This document shows positions 41,245-55,000 of a stretch of 64,000 nucleotides of DNA, piece after piece (position 1 is the stretch's first letter; each line of letters begins with the position of its first letter). The stretch spans positions 160,580,001-160,644,000 of the forward strand of contig OX597814.1 in the NCBI GenBank assembly GCA_951406725.2, given 5' to 3'. This DNA comes from Octopus vulgaris. Taxonomy: Eukaryota. The notes below the pieces were generated by a model. The model had not been told where the DNA came from. It did no database searches and was given only the letters and a program-made list of their open reading frames with translations. The position numbers and the translations under genes are program-made.

Positions 41245-43266
41245 ACAGCAACACACACATTCGACGGCTATCGCACTGCTTGAATCCAAAAAATATAACC
41301 TCCAACAATGCATGAAGACCCTCATCAAAAACCAAAGATCAGCTGAGGAGAAGTGGGCCATTGAAAAAATCAAACTCAACCCCAAAGTGTTCTTTTCATT
41401 TGCGAGGAAACGCAGGGTCACTGTCTCCACTGTTGGCCCTCTAATTGACGAAACTGGCACTCTCCAAGATAATGCCAAATCCATGGCCGAGATACTGCAG
41501 AAACAATACTGCTCTGTTTTCAGCAATCCTGATATGGCCGATCTGGGCTGTATCAGTGATGTCAACCCCCAACACACTATATCGGACATAACGTTTAGTG
41601 CCCCTGATGTCTTAGCGGCGATAAACGAAATAAAACACAATTCAGCAGTAGGCCCCGATAGGTTCCCTGCTTGTGTCCTGAAGGTGTGTCGACACCAACT
41701 TGCATCTCCCCTTGCTAATCTGTGGAGAAACTCACTGGATGCTGGCTATATTCCAAAAAACCTTCTGTCCCAGTCTGTTGTCCCAGTTTTCAAAAAGGGA
41801 AACAAGTCCCTTGCAGTGAACTACCGTCCGATCTCACTCACCTCTCATATCATCAAGGTATTTGAGAGGGTGGTGAGATCTCGAATAACCCAATTTCTGG
41901 AAAGCAACAGACGGCTGATCTCCAACCAACATGGGTTCCGTAATGGAAGGGACTGCCTAACGCAGCTCCTGCATCACTTTGATGACATTTTGAGAGCTTT
42001 GGGAGAGGGCTCCAACACCGATGTCATCTACCTTGATTTCAGTAAGGCCTTCGACAGGGTCGATCACAAGATCCTATTGAAAAAACTATCCAACATTGGT
42101 GTCTCTGGAAAGTTACTGAAATGGATCAAGTGTTTCCTGACAGACAGATCTCAACATGTTGTAGTTGAAGGGGTAAAATCAAGCCCAGCCAAAGTCAGTA
42201 GTGGCGTTCCGCAAGGCACTGTGCTGGGCCCACTTCTTTTCATCATTTACATTAATGACATTAATGACATCATCAAGCACAGCAACATAAAAATTTTTGC
42301 AGATGATTCCAAGCTACAGAAGGTCATAAATGAGGCGAGTGACCGGACATGCCTTCAGTCAGATCTACTGGCTGTTATCCAATGGGCAGAAAAAAACAAT
42401 ATGCTGCTGAACGAGGATAAATTTGAGTTAATCCACTTTGGAAAAGAGGATGCCCTGAAACTCCCATACTCCCTTCCTTCAGGTGAAACTCTCGCGGCGT
42501 CCAACAACATCAGAGACTTGGGAGTAATTGTGGACAACAACATAAGCTGGGCCACTCATATAAACACCAAAGTTGACATGGCCCGCAGAATGTGTTCCTG
42601 GATTCTCAGAACTTTCCAGTCGAGAGATATCCACACCATTATCCTTCTCTTCTCCACTTTTGCCCGACCCCACCTTGAATACTGTTGTCCACTGTGGTCT
42701 CCCCACACAATACAAGGTATCATAAAAGTTGAAGCACCTCAAAGGGCAATCACAAAAAAGATAGATGGCATGACAGGCCTCGACTATTGGGGTCGACTAG
42801 AAAAGCTAAAACTTTATTCTCTCCAACGTCGTCGTGAGCGCTACATCATCTGCATGATGTGGAAAATATTCCATCAGCATTGCCCAAATGATGTTGGCAT
42901 CACCTTTAAGGTACATCCAAGGCTTGGGACCCGTGCCATCCGCCCAAAACAAAAATCGCACTCTCATCTCATAACAACAATACGGCACAATTATTTCACC
43001 TCAATTGGCCCCGCTCTCTTTAACATTACACCAAAACACATTAAAACAGAAACTGACCCTATAGGGTTCAAGAAGTCTTTGGACAGATTCCTTCAAGAAA
43101 TCCCGGATAAACCCCCTACACCCGGATATGTCTCTGTAAACAATAACTCTCTACTTGAGTGGGCCATAGTGCCCAAATTCTGACTTGAAAGACTTCACCA
43201 GGTGGTGCTATTAAGTTGGACATGGCCTGGGCCAATAATGGCCGGAACCTATCAAAGTATCAAAGT
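41245..43266 (+). mobile_element. CR1-type LINE family A, copy 2 (different subfamily, 5'-truncated)
   Basis: Uninterrupted RT ORF. Tail (TATCAAAG)2 runs into (TA)n. Confidence 0.93.
41312..43183 (+). CDS. Reverse transcriptase part of CR1 ORF2
   Basis: Same RT motifs as 38782-40737. 623 aa with no stops. Confidence 0.9.
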   Translation: MKTLIKNQRSAEEKWAIEKIKLNPKVFFSFARKRRVTVSTVGPLIDETGTLQDNAKSMAEILQKQYCSVFSNPDMADLGCISDVNPQHTISDITFSAPDVLAAINEIKHNSAVGPDRFPACVLKVCRHQLASPLANLWRNSLDAGYIPKNLLSQSVVPVFKKGNKSLAVNYRPISLTSHIIKVFERVVRSRITQFLESNRRLISNQHGFRNGRDCLTQLLHHFDDILRALGEGSNTDVIYLDFSKAFDRVDHKILLKKLSNIGVSGKLLKWIKCFLTDRSQHVVVEGVKSSPAKVSSGVPQGTVLGPLLFIIYINDINDIIKHSNIKIFADDSKLQKVINEASDRTCLQSDLLAVIQWAEKNNMLLNEDKFELIHFGKEDALKLPYSLPSGETLAASNNIRDLGVIVDNNISWATHINTKVDMARRMCSWILRTFQSRDIHTIILLFSTFARPHLEYCCPLWSPHTIQGIIKVEAPQRAITKKIDGMTGLDYWGRLEKLKLYSLQRRRERYIICMMWKIFHQHCPNDVGITFKVHPRLGTRAIRPKQKSHSHLITTIRHNYFTSIGPALFNITPKHIKTETDPIGFKKSLDRFLQEIPDKPPTPGYVSVNNNSLLEWAIVPKF

Positions 43267-43413
43267 ATATGTATATATATATGTATATATATATATGTAT
43301 ATATATATATATGTATGTATATATATATATATGTATATATATGTATATATATATATATGTATATATATGTATATATATATTTGTATGTGTATATATATAT
43401 ATATTTGTATGTG

Positions 43414-43490
<77 letters not shown>

Positions 43491-43888
43491 GTATATATAT
43501 ATGTATATATATATGTATATATATATATATGTATATATATATGTATATATATATATGTATATATATATGTATATATATATATATGTATATATATATATGT
43601 ATATCAAATGTATATGTATATATATATGTATATATATATATGTATATCAAATGTATATATATATATATGTATATATATATGTGTATATATATGTATGTAT
43701 ATATGTATATATATATATATGTATGTATATATGTATATATATATATATATGTATGTATATATGTATATATATATGTATGTATATATGTATATATATATAT
43801 GTATGTATATATGTATATATATATATATATGTATGTATATATGTATATACATATGTGTATATATATATGTGTATATATATATATATAC

Positions 43889-43980
<92 letters not shown>

Positions 43981-44050
43981 ATGTATGTATGTATGTATGT
44001 ATGTATGCATCGATGGATGGATGAATGGATGGATGTATGAATGTATGTAT
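43267..44050. repeat. (TA)/(TATG)/(TG) compound microsatellite
   Basis: Directly visible. Confidence 0.97.
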
Positions 44051-44272
44051 CTGCATGTATTAAAAAAATAGGTGGACGAATATCAAGTATTACAATTGTT
44101 TTAAAAGCACATCGGATAAATCTATTTCCAGTAAAGAAAAGTTTGTTTACAGATATACTTATCGCATTATATGCGATGTTTGTTGCTTTCCAAATGGATG
44201 TGTAAAGCATCTTATCGGAATTTTCTGTCTAATTTCGATATGGGACTAACTCTGCATTTGATGTATTTATCA

Positions 44273-44304
<32 letters not shown>

Positions 44305-44307
<3 letters not shown>

Positions 44308-45578
44308 TAGTTTTATTTTTATTTTTATAGCGTGCTTTCACTTCACTACCGAGCGCAGCTCTGTGTGCCTTGGGTATGTGCTGTGATTCGTTGTGATGCT
44401 CTGATGGTTATTGTATGGAAAGTGTTCTGCGTAGGATGTGTGCAGTGCCTAGTAGTGCAATTTTCTGTATGTTATATGTGTTTGTAAGTCCTGGTGTTTT
44501 TGTTATGTATTTGTCTGAATATTTTTTTATCATGCCTAATGCACCTACTATGATAGGAATTGTTTCTGTTTTCAGATTCCACATTCTAGTTACCTCTATT
44601 TCCAGGTCTTTGTATTTTGAGAGTTTCTCCATTTCTTTTAGAGACACGTTGTCATCTGCCGGTACTGATACATCAATTAGAAAGCATTTTTTTCTTCATG
44701 GTCTCTGACAACTATATCTGGTCTGTTGGCCTTAATTTCTCTATCTGTGTGTATCGGCATATCCCAGAGTATGGTTGCTTTCTCGTTTTCTGTGACCTTT
44801 TCTGGTGTGTGCCTATACCATCTTTTTTCTGTTGTTATTCCATAATGTTGGCATAGCTTCCAATGTATGTAAGTTCCAACTCTGTCATGTCTGTGAATAT
44901 ATTCCTTCTTAGCCAGGACCGGGCAGCTAGAGATAATATGATTTATTGTTTCTTGTCCATCTCCACATATTCTGCAGTTACTTGTAATATTTCTTTTCAT
45001 TACATGTTTTTGGTAATTTCTGGTGGGGAGGCTTTGGTCTTGTGCTGCAATTAAAAATCCCTCTGTTTCTGCTTTGAGTCCTGAGCTTCTCAACCATTGC
45101 TGGGATTTTTCTTTGTCTATTTCTTTTGCGTTTAGTTTAGTCCAGTATTTACCATGAAGGGGCTTTTCTTGCCATCGTTTTATCATGGTTCGTTGCTGTT
45201 CTATTTTTAGTTTGGATTTCATTTTTTTTATAGCTTTTGTTGTTTCTTCATCTTCTTCTTCTTCTTCTTCATGTTTATTTGGTGGTATGATTTCTTGTTT
45301 GTATTTGTCAGCTTCCTTAAATACTGAGAACAGTTTTTTGTTTTGCTCGTGTTTTGCCGCTATCTGGATCAGTTTTCCTTCCTTCTGAAGTAGATATTTT
45401 TGCAGTCCTATGGTGGTTATTTTATAGTAGTTTTCCAGCTGTATAAGGCCTCTACCACCTTCTATACGTTGTATATATAGTCTTTCTATGTCAGATTTTG
45501 GGTGATGCATCCTAGATCCTGTCATTATTTTTCTTGTTTTCCTGTCTATTTTGGTCAGTTCATTTCGTGTCCAGTTAA

Positions 45579-45579
<1 letters not shown>
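44305..45579 (-). mobile_element. Young 5'-truncated R4/Dong element
   Basis: ORF 45525-44677 has RLYIQRIEGGRGL, CRICGDGQETINHIISSC, RHD and RPDIVV. An A-run frameshift leads to KLSKYKDL..LGTAHILRR. (TTA)n on both sides. Confidence 0.95.
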
Positions 45580-45642
<63 letters not shown>

Positions 45643-45646
45643 TAAT

Positions 45647-45852
45647 AAGGCAGCGAGCTGGCTGAATCGTTAGCACGTCGGGTAAAATGCTTAGCGGCAT
45701 TTCGTCCGTCTGTACGTTCTAAGTTCATGTTCCACCTAGGTTGACTTTGCCTGTCATCCTTTCGGGAGTAGATAAAATAAGTACCAGTTGAATACTAAGG
45801 GTCGATGTAATCGAATTACCCCCTCCTCCGAAATTCCTGAAATAGTGCCAAT
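45647..45852 (+). mobile_element. S1 SINE with (ATT)n tail
   Basis: Head AAGGCAGCGAGCTGGCTGAATCGTTAGC. Confidence 0.88.
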
Positions 45853-45867
45853 ATTATTATTATTATT

Positions 45868-46421
45868 GAGTGAGCGAGCAGAGCATGCCATCAAAGTGAC
45901 ACTGGGGTAAAATATACGAAGCCCAGTATACCCATCATGACTACCCGTCTGATAAGGGTACACCAGGCACATGCATCACAACCATATGTGCGCGACATGG
46001 TGATCTCATATCAAGATAAACAGCACATGACCTTGCAGGTGGAGCCCAGTTAGAATTTTCTTCAGATCGAGTAACCCATCCCGCTCAAAAGGTCCCTGAA
46101 TAAGGGTTGTTTAAGGACGTTGAACGAAACACCCATGTTTCCAGAGGTGAATTATTCAAACCCCAAAGAATCCTTCTCAACACATGGCTATGATGCTCCC
46201 CCACTACTTCTGCTCGTGATCAGAGATGCACATATCGTCAACCACTAAGGGACATTCTCAACTGGTTAAGGTCAAACAACTGACAAGCAAATCTGTGGTA
46301 TTGAGCAGAATATTTGCCGTAGCCCATCTTTTATACCAAGACAAAACAATGTACATGATAACACTTCCAATCAGTTAAGATCAGAAGCCATGAGAGCCAC
46401 TGCCTGGTACTGCATCAGGGC

Positions 46422-46423
<2 letters not shown>
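45868..46423 (-). mobile_element. ~555-bp non-coding element flanked by (TAA)n, putative non-autonomous Dong partner
   Basis: Three copies in the window, no ORF, no tRNA head seen, same strand polarity as the Dong copies. Confidence 0.75.
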
Positions 46424-46480
<57 letters not shown>

Positions 46481-46513
46481 TATTATTATTATCATTATCA
46501 TCATCATCATCAT

Positions 46514-46675
46514 TCGTCTTTATGTTCTGAGTCCGAATACAACTGCGGTCGACTTTGCCTTTCATCTTTTCGGGGTCGGTAAAATAAATATCAGTTGAAT
46601 ACTGAGGTCGATGGAATCGACTTAACCCCCTTACTCAAAATTTCAAGGCCTTGTGTCTATGGTAGAAAGGATTTT
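46514..46675 (+). mobile_element. 5'-truncated S1 SINE
   Basis: GGTCGACTTTGCCTTTCATC core and GGCCTTGTGTCTATGGTAGAAAGG tail. Confidence 0.85.
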
Positions 46676-46682
46676 TATTATC

Positions 46683-48175
46683 CTCGATTAGACTCAGGTT
46701 CCTTCTTATTCCTGGTAGAATTTATGTAGGTAACGAGTTACTACCTGTAGCCTTAGGTGTCAACAATCTGTCAATAGTCTTTCAAGTGCTCATGACCCTC
46801 CTGATAATCTTTCCTGACCCTAAGAGGCAAATTTTCTGTAGAAGCTCTACAAGGCATTCTATTCCAATCGCCTTCAACAATTTGTCTACATTTTTACTTA
46901 CAGTTCCCAATCCACCAATTATCATAGGCACAACCATTACAATTTTCATGTTCCAAATTCTTGCAATTATTGCTTAAATGACATTTAAAGAATTATAAAT
47001 TCTTGCATTTATTGTTTCAATAACATTTAAGCGATTGTATTCCGTTTTCGTCTTCTTTCTTTACAATCCTGGAATCAAATGGACATGATGGATCAATTAG
47101 TAGGCAACTTCGCTTTCTCTTGTCTATTATTGTTATATCTGGTCTATTATTTTCTAGCTTCTTATCCTATTGAATATGAAAGTCCCACAGATTCTTACAA
47201 TTCTCCGACCCCAGCACTCCTTCGACCCGATGTTCATACCATGTGTCTCTAGCTTCAAATCCTTATTTCTGGCAAAGCTTCCGGTGTAAAACTTTTACAA
47301 CTTGGTCATGCGTCTATTTATGCTATTTCTGCCAGTATAGTGCCATCAGTCTCTTTTTTTTAAAGTTCCTTTCATCAGCCAATCCCACATATTTTTTCCA
47401 GCAACTTCTGTTGTGGCTACATGGAATTGATTGTGTAGTCTTCTTGCGTTATTCTTCTTCATGTCCTTTTTGTATTTCTTTCGTTTTTCCTTTTTTTCTC
47501 TGCTCTCAATACTCCCTCGTTCCTAACTATCACTAGCAAGGTTTCTTAACTTAGGGCTGGGTATCTCATTAAGTTCTCGAGTTCGATACGCGCGCAATCT
47601 TCCACACTTATCAGTCCTCTTCCTCCATGCGCTCTCTTCGTGTATAGGCGATCAGTGTCTGCATGTGGATGATGGGCTCCATGCATCATTAGGAGCTTTA
47701 TTGACTTCCTGGTCATCTCCTTTAGCTCCTCTTCTGTCCACTTCGGGATTCCAGCGCCATACCGAACTACTGCGACTGCGCGCGAGTTTATTGCCGAAAT
47801 CATGTTTCTAATATTCAGCTTTGAAGCCAATATTTTTCTCACTCGCCGCAGGTACTCTCCTTAAGTCTTTCGTTTCATGTCGTGGTGCTTGATTTCATCT
47901 ACCTCAAGTATTCCCAGGTATTTATAGCTGGATTGAGGTTGAATTGCCTTCATCATTCCACCACTTGGCAACCATATGCCTTCTGTCTTGGCAAGCTTTC
48001 CTCGTCTCATCACCATTGTAGCACATGTTGAGAGTCCAAACACCATCTTAATATCATTGGGAAACATCCACGCAGACTTGGACTACGCTGTCCAGTTCTA
48101 CCTCAGTTTTTGTGAATAGCTTCAGGTCGTCCATGAATAGCAAGTGGTTTAGTTTTCTCTTACCTCTTCCCAGAT
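46683..48175 (-). mobile_element. Degraded R4/Dong element
   Basis: NHLLFMDDLKLF, MVFGLSTCA, YKYLGILE, RLYTKRAHGGRGLISVEDC. Same family as 4612-6135. Confidence 0.9.
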
Positions 48176-48213
48176 CATTATTATTATTATCATCATCATC
48201 ATCATTATTATTC

Positions 48214-48274
<61 letters not shown>

Positions 48275-48278
<4 letters not shown>

Positions 48279-48667
48279 TAGTTTTATTTTTATAGCGTGC
48301 TTTCACTTCACTACCGAGCGCAGCTCTTTGTGCCTTGGGTATGTGATGTGGTTTGTTGTGATGCTCTTATGGTTACTGTATTGAGAGTGTTTTGCGTAGG
48401 ATGTGTGCAGTGCCTAGTAGTGCTATTTTCTGTATGTTATATATATTTGTAAGTCCTGGTGTTTTTGTTGTGTATTTGTCTGAATATTTTTTTTTATCAT
48501 ACCTAATGCTCCTACTATGATAGGAATCGTTTCTGTTTTTAGATTCCACATTCGAGTTACCTCTATTTCCAGGTCTTTGTATTTTGAAAGTTTCTTCATT
48601 TCTTTTAGAGAAACGTTGTCATCTGCTGGTATTGATACATCAATTAGAAAGCATTTTATTATTATTA

Positions 48668-48725
<58 letters not shown>

Positions 48726-48940
48726 CTCACGTTTTGTTGGAACTCCTAGAGTTTTGCATGCGCAGTGGGCTTGCTGCCTACAAACTACGGTACTATTCTA
48801 TCAGTTCTTTTCAACTAACACTTTCCTGGTTATTCTGACCATACCAAGGAAGCAAACCTTTTGTAATAGTTCTACTGGGCACTCTAATCCGATTTCCTTT
48901 ATCTTCTTCTTGATGTCTTTTGATACTGTCCTCAAGGACC
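48275..48940 (-). mobile_element. Two R4/Dong 3' fragments separated by (TTA)n (48275-48655, 48722-48940)
   Basis: Match 6575-6955 and 5925-6135 respectively. Confidence 0.88.
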
Positions 48941-48944
48941 TATA

Positions 48945-48968
48945 TTATCATCATCATCATCATCATCA

Positions 48969-49055
<87 letters not shown>
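48945..49055 (+). repeat. (CAT)n(AGT)n microsatellite
   Basis: Directly visible. (AGT)n also at 28596-28657. Confidence 0.95.
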
Positions 49056-49056
<1 letters not shown>

Positions 49057-49069
49057 AGGTAGTATACAC

Positions 49070-49237
49070 ATACGACGACCTTCCATACAGTTTCTGTCTA
49101 CCGAATTCACACACAAGATATTAATTGGCTCAAGGCTTTAGTAGAAGACACTTACCAAAGGTGCCGCGCAGAGGGGCCGAACCCGATATCACATGGTTGC
49201 AAAGTAAATTTCTTAACCACACCGCCATTCTTGCACC
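49070..49237 (-). mobile_element. S2 SINE 5' half
   Basis: TCTACCGAATTCACACACAAG..AGAAGACACTT..GGTGCCGCGCAG. Confidence 0.75.
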
Positions 49238-49576
49238 TAGTGTGAGAAAATTACTAACAACAAACTGATATGCTAATTAGTCAAAGCCAAGTGTATCAGT
49301 ATACTAAAAAGATACGTTCCAATTTTAGTGAAAGTTAGTAAAACCGCTAGTCACATGACTGATTCCAAGCAGGCGTGGAAGTCTGTACAAGAGTGTTGAT
49401 TGAGCCCTAAGAATAATTCCCTCCTTCTAGAAATATTTGCCCATTGTTTCTCCTTTTTCTTCCTTTCTTTCTTTCTCCCTCTTTATTTTTATTTTAGTTT
49501 TTGCCATTTGTTTTTGTTTCGTTTTCCTTTTTGTGCATGCTGACAGTTTTTATATATATTTATATATGTATGTATG

Positions 49577-49631
<55 letters not shown>

Positions 49632-49702
49632 GCACACACATCTTTATTTCATCTTCTTGTGGCTTTCTCTTTCTCTTACTTTCACTTTCATATTGCATTT
49701 TA

Positions 49703-49742
<40 letters not shown>

Positions 49743-49873
49743 ATTTTTGTTCGTTTTCTTCATCAGCGTTCGCATGGGAGGAGAATGAACTAGAAAAATG
49801 GATACCGTTCTCTTTTGATTCTTTCGCAGCTAATTAAGAACTTGGCGGAGATAATTTTTTTCTTTCCATATTC

Positions 49874-49920
<47 letters not shown>

Positions 49921-50452
49921 CATTATTGTTATCATTAGTATTAATGTCTATTTTCTTGAAATATTTCAAGGATTGTTTCAAAACCCTTATTTTAATGATG
50001 TTCAACATTCCAAATATTGCAACTATGTTACAACTGGAAAAAGAGAATTTTTAAGACGTGTCTTCTGCTTTCTTCTTGTATTTTTGATTGCTGTTTTCTA
50101 TATTTCATTTTTATTTTATTTTATTTTATTTTTATAATCATTTCTTCTCTTTCCTTTCTATTTTGATTGCATTCGTCCCAGATTTTTCAAAAATCTGCCT
50201 CTATTTTCTCACAAGAAATGTTCCACCCTCAGCGTAGATTGCAGCGTGACACTGAAGGTAATCAACCAATCAAAATCTTTTGCACATGGATATCGATTTC
50301 TTTTGGTGAAATACATTTATATATAGAAATACGTTTGATAGATAGATAGATAGTTAGATGTACGTATATATACATATATAAATATGTATATATAAATGTA
50401 TGTGCATGTTTAAATGTATGTATATGTATAGATAGATAAATAGATATTAATA

Positions 50453-50498
<46 letters not shown>

Positions 50499-50507
50499 TA
50501 GAGTGAG

Positions 50508-50587
<80 letters not shown>

Positions 50588-50782
50588 AGAGAATTAGCAA
50601 CAACAACGCTTTTCCTAAGATTCCTAAGCTTTAATTGTTTTTATTATTGAAATGACAAGTTGAGACACTACTCTATACTAGAATCTAAACACTAATAGAA
50701 TCACTAACAAGAAATACTATTAGACACAATACACAGTGAAGTTTTTGCTGTATTTACTAACAGTACCTTTTTCTTCATCGTA

Positions 50783-51333
50783 CGAGGGTAATCCCAAAAG
50801 TAATGTCTCCTAAAAATATTTAGAAATCACAGAAACGTTTATTGTCAATGATGTTTATATCATTTTAAAGTTTGAACATTTATCTATTTTTCTACATAAT
50901 AGCCATTTCGGTCGATGCATTTTTTGTAGGTGCTGGGGCAGGTTCTGTATACCCATGTCATACCAGCTCACCGCTATGTCGTTGGGGAAGCGTTGAACTT
51001 CATCTTTCACCTCATCGTCGTTGGTTGCTGAAGCGCGTTCCAACCAAATGTTCTTTCAACTTAGGAAGCAGGTGGCAGTCACTGGGTGCCTAGTCCGGAC
51101 TATAAGGTGGGTTGCCGTTTATGTCTTCTGTGAGCATTCGTGGGACCCATCTTGTGCACACCTTCCGATATTGCAACTTTTTACTCAAAACCCTATGAAT
51201 GGTGCTTCGGGAAACCTCAGAAACCAAAATACGGAGATCATCCAGAGTGATCCGCCGATTTTCACGCAAGATTTGCTCAACCTTCGTGACTGTCTCGTCG
51301 GAAACTGATGGTCACCCGCTTTTTTCTTCATCA
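50783..51333 (-). mobile_element. Internally deleted mariner transposon with one TIR
   Basis: TA + CGAGGGTAATCCCAAAAGTAA terminus. The - strand has RKVCTRWVPRML, YSPD*APSD and CIDRNGYYVEK*. Confidence 0.88.
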
Positions 51334-51337
51334 GAAT

Positions 51338-51499
51338 TTCAGCACTGTCCAAATGATGTTGCCATCACCTTCAAAATACACCCAAGACTTGGACCCCGTG
51401 CCATCCGTCCACAACAAAAATCTAAATCGCATCTCATAACAACAATACGGCACAATTATTTCACCTCAATTGGCCCGGCTCTCTTCAACATTACACCAG
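51338..51499 (+). mobile_element. Internal CR1 family A fragment
   Basis: QHCPNDVAITFKIHPRLGPRAIRPQQKSK..ALFNITP, followed by a TA/TG repeat. Confidence 0.9.
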
Positions 51500-51509
51500 T
51501 ATATGTATG

Positions 51510-51576
<67 letters not shown>

Positions 51577-51609
51577 ACACATACATATATACGTATATGT
51601 GTGTGTATA

Positions 51610-51800
51610 TAAATACTTGAAATTAACAGAAAAACAAAAGACGAAGACAGATGTATAAACAACAAGCAGGTGTATTAGTTTGACGCTCGGGAAGGTGAGA
51701 AAGTCCTTTACGTTTCGAACCTACGCTCTTCAACAGAAAGGAACACAAGGAAATAAACAGACAGAGAATAAAAATCTCTTGGAGTCAGCAGTCAATCAAT
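51610..51800 (-). mobile_element. Penelope pseudo-LTR-like fragment with a variant hammerhead motif (51704-51742)
   Basis: UCCUU-U-CUGUUGA-A-GAGC-GUAG-GUUC-GAAACGUA-AAGGA. Homologous to 22457-22581. Confidence 0.6.
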
Positions 51801-52014
<214 letters not shown>

Positions 52015-55000
52015 TTCTCTGTAGTTTCAGCTCAGACCTGCGGCCATGCTGATGCACCACCGTTTTGCTACATTGTTATTACTGAGAACCTCTTCCAATA
52101 TGTGGCACTTGGTGAAGAATGGGGTTTGATGTAACTACCCCCATTTGCACCTCTTGCTGTGAGGTATATTCGTCTGGGACTCTCGACAGGAAGAAGTCCA
52201 GCCTTGATTTAAAAACGCCTACATCTACTGTGATAAGATTCCTCAGGTTCTTTGGAGAATATTAAAAAGCTGTGGTTCCCTGAAATCCAGGCTGTTGCAG
52301 TAACTAGTCCTGAAGCGCGATGGCATAGCTGGGATCTTTAGCACAATGCAGTGTCGACCCGTTCTGGCATTAATGTAGATTTCAATGCCAAAATTTGGCA
52401 CAGTTCCTTCCATCCCGGATCTTCCAGGTGTATATTACTGCATACCTTTCCTGCCTTTGCCCCAGGGTGTAGAGTCTTGGCTGTTTCAGCCTTTCCCAGT
52501 AGCTGAGTAGTTGCAAAGGGACGATCTTCTTTGTAAATATTCGCTGGATTGCCTCAAGGTCCGCTGTTAATTTTACACTGTTGGGTGACCATAGCTGGGA
52601 GCAGTAATCCAGGCGGCTGAGGACAAATATCCTCCATAGGACCATCATGGTTTCCTTATCTCTGGTTCTGAATGCTCTCAGAATCCAGCCAGTCGTCTGT
52701 ACTTTGCCGCCATCCTGGTAATGTGCACTTGGAAAGAGATATCATCACCTATGTCGATACCCAGGTCCTCACTGATTTAGGCTCTGGGATTGAAATTCCC
52801 TGTGGACCAGTGTACCCTGTAAGTTTCATATTCAGTTTTGAACGCTGGTAGCGCAGGGCTTGGAATTTTTCAGCATTAAACTGCTTATTGTTATCCTCAG
52901 CCCATCTGTAAATTGAGTCCAACTCCTGCTGCAGGTGTGCAACATCGCTGGGGTTCTGTATTTTCTGCAAGACTTTCGTATCGTCTGCGTAGCTAGCAAG
53001 GGTGGCTATCCGGGCACTTGAGGGCATATCTGAGAGGCCACTATGAAAAGCAGTGGTACCAAGACAGTGCCCTGTGGAACACCGCTCAGTATTTGTATTT
53101 TCATTGAGGTGGCTCCATTGCCCACTACTGCCTGACTTCTATCTTTCAGAAAGTCATGCAACCACTCTCAATTTTTCCAGCTAATCCAGTCTGCCGTTTG
53201 CAAGAAAGTTCTGGAAGAGAATCTGGAAGGTTTTGCCAGGGCATGATTACACGATTTGAGGAGGATTGCTGGGAAACCATCAGGACCAGCAGTTGTGTTT
53301 GCGTCCACTTCATTTATGGCTAGTAGTATATCTTCTTCGCTAATGTCGATGTATTCCATCGTTACTGCTTCGCTGGTTATAGGTGAGGCGGCAAAGAAGT
53401 CCACTGATTCGTTCACTTGTCTGTGTCCCAACGGGGTGGTAAAGACACATTTGAACTGGTCATTCAGTATTTCACTGATCCTAGTTGGACTGTCTGTGAG
53501 GGAGCCATCCTTTTTGGAAGAGGGGTCCTATCTTGCAGCGTACTGAGGCTGTTTCTTTTGCGTAATAAAAGAAGGCCTTTGGGTTTGACTTAATGTTGTT
53601 GTTGTTTTTTTATAACAGGCTTCTTTGTCTACTCTCTCCCTCACATAGGATTGCTGCAGCCTTTTTTCAATCTCCATCAGTGTTGTTTTTAGACGGGAAC
53701 TTTCGCTACTTTTTTCAATCTTCATCAGTGTTATTTTTATGCGGGACCTTTCGCTATGTTGGTTGAGTCGATTTGCAACCTTCGTCTGTCGTCTCATGAG
53801 GATCTTCCTCTCCCTTGGAATCTTGTTCCTATTTGTTTTGGCCTTGTGCTTTGGGACATATTTCTGGCATATGGCTTGCACAACAGACATGAAACATTCT
53901 AGTTTCATGGCAATGTCTGATGTGGAGAGATATTTCGGCCAGTCTTGTCTGAGGATCTCTTTTTGGATCGATTTCCAGTATGCTTTGTGGAAATTCAGAT
54001 TGGTTTGATTTCGGGTGCTTCCTTTAGGCTGTATATCTCTGGTCACTTTCGGCCCAAACATAGACAGCTCAATTATGTTGTGATCCGAGACTAATCGGCG
54101 TCACTTTCACATCATGAATGATGTCGATATTGTTCGTGAAGCAAAGATCCAAAATGTTATTCGCCCTTGTTGGCCTGAGTACAACTTGCTCCATGAATAG
54201 GACATTGATGAAGTTGAGCAGGGACTCCACCTGTGCTTTCTTGCAATAAGTCATTCCTGGCAGCATGAGACCTTCGGGCCATTTGACGTTGAGGAAGTAG
54301 AAATCACCCATAAGAAATATGGTCATGTGGTGTTCCAGTTTCATGAGCATTTCTATAATTCTTGTGAGGCAATCTTCAAACTTGCCTATCTGGTTTGGAG
54401 CACCCGGTGGGCAATATGTATTGCATATGACTATATTGTGTTGTCTTATGTATACAATTAGAGTGTCATATACTGAATTTGAGTATGACAGTAAGATCTG
54501 AGGTGTGAGGTCATCACAGATGTATACAGCAACTCTACCATGGCTTCTTTCTCTTCTGTTTGATCGCAGTATGGCATATTTTGGTACGTGTACTCCTGCA
54601 TTCTCTATATCAGGGCTAAGATGAGTTTCCACGAGTTTCCACGAGTGTTATGCATAGGGCTTGAAGGCGGCGAGCTGGCAGAAACGTTAGCACGCCGGGC
54701 GAAATGCGTAGCTGTATTTCGTCTGTCGTTACGTTCTGAGTTCAAATTCCGCCGAGGTCGACTTTGCCTTTCATCCTTTCGGGGTCGATAAATTAAGTAC
54801 CAGTTACGCACTGGGGTAGATGTAATTGACTTGATCCCTTTGTCTGTCCTTGTTTGTCCCCTCTGTGTTTAGCCCCTTGTGGGTAGTAAAGAAATATATG
54901 CATAGGGCTTGATTGCATGCAGCAAGGTCTCTCAGGAAAGAAATTTTGCTTTTATTATGATGCAACAGGCCCCTAATATTTAGTAAAAAATATTGGCGTG

